A DNA stretch of 64,000 nt, from positions 1 through 64,000 of IMG/VR virus record IMGVR_UViG_3300028833_000121, one strand, 5' to 3'. The position numbers were made by a program, and so were the translations under genes. Each line of letters opens with the position of its first letter. Position 1 is the stretch's first letter. This DNA comes from a virus. Its lineage: Duplodnaviria > Caudoviricetes. Below, in pieces: positions 1 to 6,765 of the stretch. The notes under the pieces were generated by a model, which was not told where the DNA came from, did not search any database, and worked only from the letters and a program-made list of their open reading frames with translations.

Positions 1-16
1 GCACACTCAGGAACCC

Positions 17-149
17 TGGTAGAGTAGGATGGAATTTAACCATCTTAATTACATTTTAACTGGAGTCCCGCCCATTAAATCTTAAGCTTTAATGCGTAGA
101 ATAAGTGCTCAGTTTATTATTATAATCAGCGCATTCTTTATGCTACTCT
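17..149 (-). ncRNA. tRNA-like RNA (133 nt) with acceptor stem, T arm and CCA but greatly expanded D/variable regions
   Basis: Acceptor AGAGTAG/CTACTCT, discriminator A, encoded CCA, T arm GATGG-TTAAATT-CCATC; inner AATGCG/CGCATT stem; abuts tRNA-Phe. Confidence 0.65.
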
Positions 150-225
150 TGGTGGCCCAGGATGGAATCGAACCATCGTCTACGCATTTTCAGTGCGTTG
201 CTAATACCTTCTCAGCTACCGAGCC
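150..225 (-). tRNA. tRNA-Phe(GAA)
   Basis: GGCTCGG/CTGGGCC acceptor, ACGCA-CTGAAAA-TGCGT anticodon arm, TTCGA T loop, CCA. Confidence 0.95.
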
Positions 226-231
226 ATACAA

Positions 232-307
232 TGGTACCTCCTCAGGGCTTCGGACCCTGGACCTCCAGATTAAGAGTCTGTTGCTCTACCAACTGAGCTA
301 AGGAGAT
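232..307 (-). tRNA. tRNA-Lys(CTT)
   Basis: Cloverleaf with loop CTCTTAA, D arm GCTCAGTTGGTAGAGC, CCA end. Confidence 0.93.
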
Positions 308-309
308 AA

Positions 310-790
310 ATTATATGCCTATAACCGCAAGCTTAGCATATTGAATGCGCGCGCATCAAGTTTTTTGCAGACGCTTCTACCTCGTAGAAGATGCTCGAAT
401 GCCGACTATTTTTAAGATTCACTTATCGGCTATACTACGGGTGTTTGCGCTACTGGTTACTTAGGCCCTTTCTCCAGTATTGCCTGATTACATAGTCCAG
501 TTATCCTTACCCACACTTGGACATTGGTACTGGTGGGTGGACTCGGACCACCGACTTTCACCTTATCAGAGTGACGCTCTAACCAACTGAACTACACCAG
601 TATAGATTAACGCTTTGTGTTATAACGGATAAAGCGTTTACAACTCCTAACTCCGTTTTAAAGAAAAATAATCACTAGCAGAGGCGGTCGTGTCGCATGC
701 TTATTCAGGAGTGGGCCTATTTTACGACTAGGGAGCGCGACTTCCCTTCAGCTCCATAGGATTATTTACTTCTTTTTTAACTGGACTATA
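310..790 (-). ncRNA. candidate large structured ncRNA enclosing tRNA-Ile
   Basis: Non-coding, many local hairpins, and three complementary pairs spanning the tRNA (778-789 with 492-503, 713-719 with 462-468, 706-710 with 483-487); ends approximate. Confidence 0.55.
525..601 (-). tRNA. tRNA-Ile(GAT)
   Basis: ACTGGTG/CACCAGT acceptor, TCACT-CTGATAA-GGTGA arm, CCA. Confidence 0.95.
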
Positions 791-795
791 AGCCT

Positions 796-1239
796 TTAAG
801 TTAAAGTAGTATAACAATTTCCAGCTTGATTTATTCCGCTTAAAGCTTTTATTACATCATCTACAAGGTCTACTTTAGAACTATTAAGAAAAATATCCGC
901 AGAACTATAAGTCATAAGACTAGTATTATCATTAGTATATTGAATTACAATAATATACTTATTCTTTGCATAAGCATATCCTTGTTCCCAATTCGTGCCC
1001 GCGCTACTAGTTCTGCCTGGAGTAATCATAAGAAAAATATCACATTTATTAATAGCCTCAATATCTTTCAAAAAAACATTATATGCCCAATCTTCCTGGC
1101 ACATATCCCACGCGTTAGGAATCTTAAGTTCAAAGGGGCAATAAACTTCAAATTGCTCCGCGCGCAACTTAGAAGCAACCTTCTGCATTAATGTACGTTG
1201 TTCAGAACTACAAGAACCCGCAAGATAAATTTTAGTCAT
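796..1239 (-). CDS. nucleoside 2-deoxyribosyltransferase-family protein
   Basis: KIYLAG start, D..AI..CD and S.GT.WE.GYAYAK motifs typical of the NDT fold. Confidence 0.8.
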   Translation of the reverse strand: MTKIYLAGSCSSEQRTLMQKVASKLRAEQFEVYCPFELKIPNAWDMCQEDWAYNVFLKDIEAINKCDIFLMITPGRTSSAGTNWEQGYAYAKNKYIIVIQYTNDNTSLMTYSSADIFLNSSKVDLVDDVIKALSGINQAGNCYTTLT

Positions 1240-1259
1240 ATAGTTTCTCCTTTCGTAGA

Positions 1260-1336
1260 TGGCGCGCCAGGGGCGACTCGAACGCCCGACACACAGCTTA
1301 GAAGGCTGTTGCTCTGTCCGGCTGAGCTACTGGCGC
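1260..1336 (-). tRNA. tRNA-Arg(TCT)
   Basis: GCGCCAG/CTGGCGC acceptor, ACAGC-CTTCTAA-GCTGT arm, CCA. Confidence 0.95.
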
Positions 1337-1339
1337 AAA

Positions 1340-1414
1340 TGGGTTAGGATATTGGAGTTGAACCAACGACCTCAGAGCCACAATCTGATGTTTTACCGTT
1401 AAACTAATCCCAAC
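1340..1414 (-). tRNA. tRNA-His(GTG)
   Basis: TCAGA-TTGTGGC-TCTGA arm, G-1:C73 pair, CCA. Confidence 0.93.
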
Positions 1415-1418
1415 ATAT

Positions 1419-1511
1419 TGGGCGGGAGGAGTGGATTCGAACCACAATTTACCACGATCTCAGCCTAATCTTACCTACATCGGTGCGTTTGCCAATTTCG
1501 CCACCTCCCGC
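1419..1511 (-). ncRNA. atypical tRNA-like RNA with a 20-nt loop replacing the anticodon loop
   Basis: CGGGAGG/CCTCCCG acceptor, Leu/Ser-like D arm GCGAAATTGGCAAACGC, GTGG-TTCGAAT-CCAC T arm, CCA; CGAT/ATCG stem closes 20 nt. Confidence 0.7.
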
Positions 1512-1515
1512 ATAT

Positions 1516-1592
1516 TGGTACTCTCGGTGGGATTTGAACCCACACTACTATGGTTCTAAGCCATATGCCTCTGCCAGTTGGGCTACGAGAGC
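1516..1592 (-). tRNA. tRNA-Leu(TAG), short variable loop
   Basis: TATGG-CTTAGAA-CCATA arm, A73, A15:U48, 5-nt variable loop. Confidence 0.88.
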
Positions 1593-1595
1593 AAG

Positions 1596-1683
1596 TGGTG
1601 GGCAGGGTTGGAATCGAACCAACGTTGTTTCTTATGTAACGGATTTACAGTCCGCCGCGATCGCCATCTACGCATACCTACCC
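1596..1683 (-). tRNA. tRNA-Tyr(GTA)
   Basis: GCGGA-CTGTAAA-TCCGT arm, long variable arm, CCA. Confidence 0.95.
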
Positions 1684-1691
1684 ATATTTAT

Positions 1692-1766
1692 AGAGCCTGT
1701 TTACCTCTACTGCAGCAATTAGCCGTTGCTTGCCCAGGCTTAGTTCCCTTAACGTATCCAACTAAG
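1692..1766 (-). ncRNA. candidate small structured RNA between tRNA-Ala and tRNA-Tyr
   Basis: Helices TTAGTT/AACTAA, AGCCTG/CAGGCT and inner AGCAA/TTGCT in non-coding DNA. Confidence 0.35.
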
Positions 1767-1783
1767 CAAAAGTCGTAGACCCG

Positions 1784-1859
1784 TGGTGGAGACGAAGAGG
1801 TACGATCTCTCAACCTTTAGCTTGCAAAGCTACTGCGCTACCAATTGCGCCACGTCCCC
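1784..1859 (-). tRNA. tRNA-Ala(TGC)
   Basis: G3:U70 pair, loop TTTGCAA, CCA. Confidence 0.93.
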
Positions 1860-1933
1860 ATATATAGGTTATTGTTCCACTATCAACTACTTATAGGGTC
1901 CTCTTACCAAAGCCTATATATATCCAAATTAAA

Positions 1934-2010
1934 TGGTAGGGAGAGAGGGATTCGAACCCTCACTGGACAGATTTTAAGTCTGCTGCCTACTGCCGTTGGG
2001 CTACCTCCCC
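1934..2010 (-). tRNA. tRNA-Leu(TAA), short variable loop
   Basis: GCAGA-CTTAAAA-TCTGT arm, A73, A15:U48, 5-nt variable loop. Confidence 0.9.
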
Positions 2011-2015
2011 ATATA

Positions 2016-2111
2016 AACTGGCAGTTCCTTAAACTCCATTACTACAGCCCGTGCAGCTAACCGTGCGGTGTCACAGCGCCTAAGTTAGCGAGCGTTAACG
2101 TAGCACCAGTT
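2016..2111 (-). ncRNA. candidate ~96-nt multi-helix RNA
   Basis: Terminal AACTGG/CCAGTT stem enclosing TGCTAC/GTAGTA, GCTAAC/GTTAGC and AGTT/AACT helices. Confidence 0.45.
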
Positions 2112-2117
2112 TTTTTA

Positions 2118-2178
2118 CAAGATACATTATAATCTCAGGTAACGTCCTAATATTATTAGAAATTGCTGTTTGTATCTT
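2118..2178 (-). ncRNA. ACAGCAA bulged stem-loop, copy 1
   Basis: AAGATACA-AACAGCAA...TGTATCTTG. Confidence 0.6.
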
Positions 2179-2189
2179 CCTAAACTTTT

Positions 2190-2265
2190 CTAGACGTATT
2201 GTTATTACACTAAATAACTATTTATAATATCTGGCAGTGTTATATAATTGCTGTATATACGTCTA
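2190..2265 (-). ncRNA. ACAGCAA bulged stem-loop, copy 2
   Basis: TAGACGTAT-ATACAGCAA...ATACGTCTAG. Confidence 0.6.
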
Positions 2266-2277
2266 TAAACTTAAGTA

Positions 2278-2730
2278 TTATTCCCCAATTTCAAGTATAT
2301 CTTTTTGGAGCGCATTACAATATCTTTCGATATTCTTCCCACGCTTACCAACTTCATCCAGGAAGAAATCAAAATCTTCATAGATAGAATCCAAAAGACC
2401 GAGTGCAACTTCTGCAATTACCCAATCCATACGGCGCGCGGCGATAATGCGGCCAACCTCTGGATCAAAATCATCACCGGCATCAAAGTTACAACGTGCG
2501 ATAGTTCTCACATCACCTTGCGGGACTTCCTTATCAAGGAAATTATTAATTGCATCGGTGAAAATTTTCTTAAAATCGAAATGCTGAATGGCTTTACTAT
2601 TCCAGATGATACGACCAAGTTTATTTAGCGCATAGTATGAAACTTCATCAATAAAGTCCTGCCGCCGCATCAAACACACCACCACACCAGCTTCGCTATT
2701 CTCGATATACTTATATTCGCTATTATTCAT
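2278..2730 (-). CDS. hypothetical phage protein
   Basis: 150-aa ORF with RBS; C-terminal ARC...DDFDPEVGRIIAARR motif recurrent in small phage proteins. Confidence 0.75.
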   Translation of the reverse strand: MNNSEYKYIENSEAGVVVCLMRRQDFIDEVSYYALNKLGRIIWNSKAIQHFDFKKIFTDAINNFLDKEVPQGDVRTIARCNFDAGDDFDPEVGRIIAARRMDWVIAEVALGLLDSIYEDFDFFLDEVGKRGKNIERYCNALQKDILEIGE

Positions 2731-3016
2731 TAGTATTCTCCTTATCTTTATTCATAACTTCTACCTTCTTCCAAACCTTACAAAGCGCGCAATCAACATA
2801 CCCACACTTCGCGCACTCTACATTGTCCGGTCTAATACCAGTTCCCGCAAGAGGGTCATGGGTGCCGCCAACCAAATCAGTAACCTTAAGATTCAGCTTA
2901 TCTTTCAAACCAAAATCCAAAATACTAACCAGTTTATTGTAGAGTTGGTCCTGTTCAGCTAAACTTAGACCATCAAAACTAAATTCAACCTTATAGGTCG
3001 CGCGCTTAGAAGCCAT
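2723..3016 (-). CDS. hypothetical protein with C-terminal CxxC-CxxC
   Basis: 97-aa ORF after promoter, AGGAG RBS, overlaps next gene. Confidence 0.7.
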   Translation of the reverse strand: MASKRATYKVEFSFDGLSLAEQDQLYNKLVSILDFGLKDKLNLKVTDLVGGTHDPLAGTGIRPDNVECAKCGYVDCALCKVWKKVEVMNKDKENTNE

Positions 3017-3049
3017 TACATATATCTCCTTTTTTCATTTTCTATAAAT

Positions 3050-3078
3050 ATTATATCATAAAATTTCATTTCTTGCAA
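3050..3078 (-). promoter_or_regulatory. sigma-A/70-type promoter
   Basis: TTGCAA-17 nt-TATAAT, preceded by TGA; points toward the small genes and the tRNA array. Confidence 0.8.
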
Positions 3079-3316
3079 ATTTAGAGCGAACTTCCCCTAT
3101 AATAGCCTCAAACCCTCTATAAGTTCCATCTTTATTAAAAATGGAAATATTATTTCTACGAAGAAAATTTGCAGTATCACGCATTAAAATCTCTTGAGGG
3201 GAGGAACGCCAATTTGAAAGAAGCTCTAATTGTTTCTTTAGCCCATCAGATTTTTCTTGTGCAGTATAATCCATATTATATCGTACCCCATACTTTCTTG
3301 CGCACTTCTTCAACAT
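3056..3316 (-). CDS. hypothetical protein
   Basis: 86-aa ORF overlapping upstream gene; start uncertain. Confidence 0.5.
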   Translation of the reverse strand: MLKKCARKYGVRYNMDYTAQEKSDGLKKQLELLSNWRSSPQEILMRDTANFLRRNNISIFNKDGTYRGFEAIIGEVRSKFARNEIL

Positions 3317-3476
3317 CCTCAGTTACCCAATATGATTCTTTACGTCCAAGACAATAAATCATTGTACCATTCGGATACCCAGGATTATTATTTTCATAAA
3401 TACTTTCAATAAATTTCGGATTTAAAAATATTAAATCGTTAGTTGACTTTTTATGGAGAATAATATAATTTTCCAT
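3276..3476 (-). CDS. small protein resembling FlbD/SwrD family
   Basis: IFLNPKFIESI...TMI...YWVTEDVEEVRKKV pattern; AGGAG RBS. Confidence 0.5.
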   Translation of the reverse strand: MENYIILHKKSTNDLIFLNPKFIESIYENNNPGYPNGTMIYCLGRKESYWVTEDVEEVRKKVWGTI

Positions 3477-3489
3477 TACATTATTCTCC

Positions 3490-5001
3490 TTACATAGCGC
3501 GCGAGGGAATTTTTGTGATGACTCGATCGTACATCTTATCCATCAAAACCTTAACCATCGCCTCATAGGCACTAGTGCAGTTCAAAATAGATAAAAGATT
3601 ACGGAATACACCAACGGAACTTCCGCTAAGATACTTAATGCCCTTTTCTGTTGCGGACTGCGCAAGATAAGTATCCTGACGAGCCTCAACATTCCAACAC
3701 ACAAGCTGCGGCATCTCATAACCAGCTTCGCGGAACAACTCCTTCCACTTCTGCAAGAAGTCCATATTATTATACCGAATGTAGTTGTCGATTTCCATAT
3801 CGGAAATTACAACAAGCGCCCTCGGCAAATCCTTCTGCGGCACATGGTTCTGCACGGCAGTATGATAGACAAGTCTAAAAGCCTTATTCAAATCTGTATT
3901 GTACCCGACCTCTACGGTTGCCTTCTCGCACATAGCCTTTAAGCTATCATTACGAGAAACATGGATATAGTGCGGATCGCTTGTAAAGGTCATATAAAGA
4001 CCCTCAAAAGCTCCATGATTACGCTGCGCAAAGTAGCTCGCAAGACCAATAGAGGTAGCCATCGGGCGCCCAGTCATCGAACCACTTACATCCGCCATAA
4101 TCAATACATTCGCGCCATCCTGCACGTAGTTAGGCAAAGCCTTCCACTGCTGCTCAGTTAGTTCATCGTATTTAAAAGACGAAAGATAACTATTCCTATA
4201 AATCTTCTCCACAAGGTCATAAGGATAAAGAGTCCCTGCGTTAACCTTAACATCTTTCGCGCCGTTCTTAAGCGCATTAAGGTAAGAGTTCCACCGCTCG
4301 TAATCGTGCTTAGCAAAAGCAGACCCATAATTCTTAATTGCGTACGCCGGAACCTGGGAATAATTAATCTTATCCCACTCCTGCGCACTCATCTGATGTT
4401 CGGTAACCTTCAGATACTCACGCAAACGCGCCAGAACCTTACGATACTGCTTCTCAGTCTTAAAACCAAGCGCGCGCATAGTCTTATACGCAATCGCGCG
4501 AGATTCCTTACTGGAAGTATTAATAGACTTCATCCACTTCGCGCACAGCGACACCGGCTTCTGCGCGAGCATAGCCTCATAGTCCTTAGTAAGAATATTA
4601 CTAAGGTAATTCCACATTTCTTCTTCTGCGGGAGTCCCAATATAGACGAAAAGATCGTCAAACCGCCCGAACTCTGTTACATTCGGAATATTAGCAACTG
4701 CCAACTCCGGATGATTCCGGCAAAGCCACTCCAACATAATGCGGAAAGTTCTGCGCTCTCCAAGTCCGCCACGAATATTACGAGCATAGAACAAAAGCCG
4801 CATAGCCAGTTCACTATCCTCATTAAACGCGTCTGCAAACTTAGTTGCAATTTCATCCTCATTCCGCTTGCGAAGCGCGCCCACTACACCAAACAAATCC
4901 AGGAGCGCGCCTTCACCCGTATTAGAGTACGCAAAAGCACCATTCTCAGTAAGCTTCTGAGAAGCAACTCCCTTCGCAGCATTCACAAAACTATTCTTCA
5001 T
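3490..5001 (-). CDS. DUF2828-type TROVE/Ro60-like protein with C-terminal vWA domain
   Basis: TENGA..Y..TG..LLDLF N-terminus, RGGLGERRTF, KWMKS, MIDAS DVSGSM and ISDMEID; no TAG codons. Confidence 0.75.
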   Translation of the reverse strand: MKNSFVNAAKGVASQKLTENGAFAYSNTGEGALLDLFGVVGALRKRNEDEIATKFADAFNEDSELAMRLLFYARNIRGGLGERRTFRIMLEWLCRNHPELAVANIPNVTEFGRFDDLFVYIGTPAEEEMWNYLSNILTKDYEAMLAQKPVSLCAKWMKSINTSSKESRAIAYKTMRALGFKTEKQYRKVLARLREYLKVTEHQMSAQEWDKINYSQVPAYAIKNYGSAFAKHDYERWNSYLNALKNGAKDVKVNAGTLYPYDLVEKIYRNSYLSSFKYDELTEQQWKALPNYVQDGANVLIMADVSGSMTGRPMATSIGLASYFAQRNHGAFEGLYMTFTSDPHYIHVSRNDSLKAMCEKATVEVGYNTDLNKAFRLVYHTAVQNHVPQKDLPRALVVISDMEIDNYIRYNNMDFLQKWKELFREAGYEMPQLVCWNVEARQDTYLAQSATEKGIKYLSGSSVGVFRNLLSILNCTSAYEAMVKVLMDKMYDRVITKIPSRAM

Positions 5002-5017
5002 AATCTTTTCTCCTTTT

Positions 5018-5063
5018 CAAGATATTATTATTTGCGCCATAAAATATTTGCCGTAAATATCTT
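5018..5063 (-). promoter_or_regulatory. ACGGCAA bulged stem-loop, copy 3, in 5' UTR of the Ro60-like gene
   Basis: AAGATATT-TACGGCAA...AATATCTTG directly before the AAAAGGAG RBS. Confidence 0.6.
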
Positions 5064-5079
5064 TTTCATTTCTATAATA

Positions 5080-5108
5080 ATTATAACATAAATTTTAGAG
5101 ATTTTCAA
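5080..5108 (-). promoter_or_regulatory. sigma-A/70-type promoter
   Basis: TTGAAA-17 nt-TATAAT, preceded by TGT. Confidence 0.8.
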
Positions 5109-5136
5109 AATTAGAAATAATTAAATTTTTTATATA

Positions 5137-5170
5137 AAAAAGAAGAATCCAAAATTTAGATTCTTCTTTC
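5137..5170 (-). terminator. intrinsic terminator hairpin
   Basis: AAAGAAGAATC/GATTCTTCTTT inverted repeat with U-tract on minus strand, downstream of lysis operon. Confidence 0.7.
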
Positions 5171-5228
5171 CTATTAAATATACGCGCGCCCGCACACGAA
5201 TAACATAAATTTTTAAAAAAGTCAAATT

Positions 5229-5675
5229 TTAATTTAACTCGCCATTGTATAATGGCATTGCATTTATAATAACACTAGATAAACCGTAATATCCATTATC
5301 TGGACTAATAATCTACTATGTTATTAATGGTTCAGTAGTTTTAAACTATAAAGGCGGATTCACATTTATTAATGCAGAAGCATATGAAGTTACATTAAAT
5401 TCTCCATTCTATTCTATCTATATCTGTCCTTCTGGAACAATATATTCTTCAGGTATAGGATTTACAATAAAATCCTATTTCATTAATTTTTCTTTTGTAG
5501 AAAAAATCTAACTATTTTTAGAAGGAGTTGCAACATAAGGCCCTTCATATTTTTCTCCATCAACTTTAATTATTGTAGATACTTCCATATCTACGGAAGG
5601 ATTTAATTCTTCTAATTCGAATTCAACCGCAGAATTAAGTTCTTCTACTTCCATATCTACAATAACTGGTAACAT
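5229..5675 (-). CDS. hypothetical structural/accessory protein (TAG-recoded)
   Basis: 148 aa open only if TAG=Gln (7 TAG); MLPVIVDMEVEEL...; ends TAA. Confidence 0.75.
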
Positions 5676-5980
5676 TATCCTAAAACCTCCTCTAAGAGAT
5701 TTTCATCTATTTCTATTTCTTTTTCTTTCGTGCCGCCTCTATTACCATTAGAATAAGTCCAATTCAACTAAATTTTAGCCGTTCCTTTTTTAAACCGTAG
5801 TGTATCTCTCTAAGATAAATAGACTTGTGCTCTATTTGCTATTACAGCTACACCACTCGGACTTTCTTTTTTTATAAGAACATTACCCTACTTTATGGCG
5901 AAATAAACTTTATTTGCAGTAGTTAAATTATATTCTTGCGGCAATATTAAAGTAAAAGTTGGTGTAGTTCCTACTAACAT
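5675..5980 (-). CDS. BppU-like/baseplate accessory small protein (TAG-recoded)
   Basis: MLVGTTPTFTLILP...AIK*GN, 101 aa; GTTPT motif common in tail accessory proteins. Confidence 0.6.
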
Positions 5981-5984
5981 AATA

Positions 5985-6407
5985 TTATTCCTCTGCTTTT
6001 TCTTCTTCTATTACAGGAATATAAATATCTTTTACTTCATTAACCGCAGATTCCAAATTCATTTCAAGCCACTTATCAACGCTACCATAAAGCTTTTCAA
6101 TCGCAAATTCCATAGCTTCAGTAATCATTTCTTTGAATACTTTAATTGTATCCTCTCTCGCCTTAGCCGCCTCTTCTTCTGAAAGTTTGCCGCCGGCCTC
6201 TTTAATAGCCTCTACCCAAACTTGGTTCGTATTGCGCGCCGCCCTCTAAAGAATCGCATAGGCTTCCTCCACTAAAGCAAGTTGTTCTTTTGTTGCGCCT
6301 TGTTTACGTAACATATTTACAAGCCAAATACCAAAAGCAATTAAAATTAATTCTAAAAACCGTGGAGCGTATTCAGCAAATAACATCATTAAATATTCTT
6401 TATCCAT
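5985..6407 (-). CDS. putative holin (TAG-recoded)
   Basis: One N-terminal TM segment and charged C-terminus, 140 aa via one TAG, next to endolysin. Confidence 0.6.
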
Positions 6408-6408
6408 A

Positions 6409-6765
6409 TTATCCAATAGCCTCCTCTTCAATATCTCCGTTATGCGCTGCACTAATATATTCATCAACGCATTCAAAAGTTACACCAGCAACAGCACCAT
6501 CTTCTTCATTACCTTCTTCGCACTCATCATAAAGTTCTAAAGAACCATCACGTAAGCGCTCTGTTAATTCTACTTCTTTTGTTTTCTTTATCATTCCACA
6601 AATTGAATATTCTCCGACGCAAGCTGCAAATACCGCTCCAATTAATACATCTGGAGTGCTTCCAGTCATACAAAATACAACTATCATGGCAATGGTAAAG
6701 AGAAGTAAGAAAACAAAAGTTCCAATAATAACTTTTTTAATAAAATCATCTTTATTAGTCGTCAT
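6409..6765 (-). CDS. two-TM membrane protein (lysis cassette)
   Basis: Two hydrophobic helices and acidic tail; between endolysin and holin. Confidence 0.65.
   Translation of the reverse strand: MTTNKDDFIKKVIIGTFVFLLLFTIAMIVVFCMTGSTPDVLIGAVFAACVGEYSICGMIKKTKEVELTERLRDGSLELYDECEEGNEEDGAVAGVTFECVDEYISAAHNGDIEEEAIG

Noticed and set aside
1-16. Possible 5' end of another tRNA (GGGTTCC...) on the minus strand
   Set aside because: Truncated by the window edge; cannot be identified
310-790. RNase P RNA, tmRNA or group I intron identity for the large RNA
   Set aside because: No GAGGAAAGUCC/P4 partner, no tmRNA tRNA-like ends or tag ORF, and no recognisable P7 core
1516-1592. tRNA with anticodon TAG as the amber suppressor
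   Set aside because: Anticodon UAG reads CUA (Leu); a suppressor needs anticodon CUA, which is not in this window
92-2060. Plus-strand ORFs at 92-301, 940-1191, 1483-1722, 1578-1778 and 1845-2060
   Set aside because: Antisense to tRNA genes or the NDT gene; no RBS and no protein-like features
4306-5091. 261-aa plus-strand ORF and other short ORFs antisense to long genes throughout the window
   Set aside because: Shadow frames opposite well-supported genes
5190-5230. Additional sigma-A promoter (TTGACT present on minus strand)
   Set aside because: The -10 position reads TATTCG, a poor match
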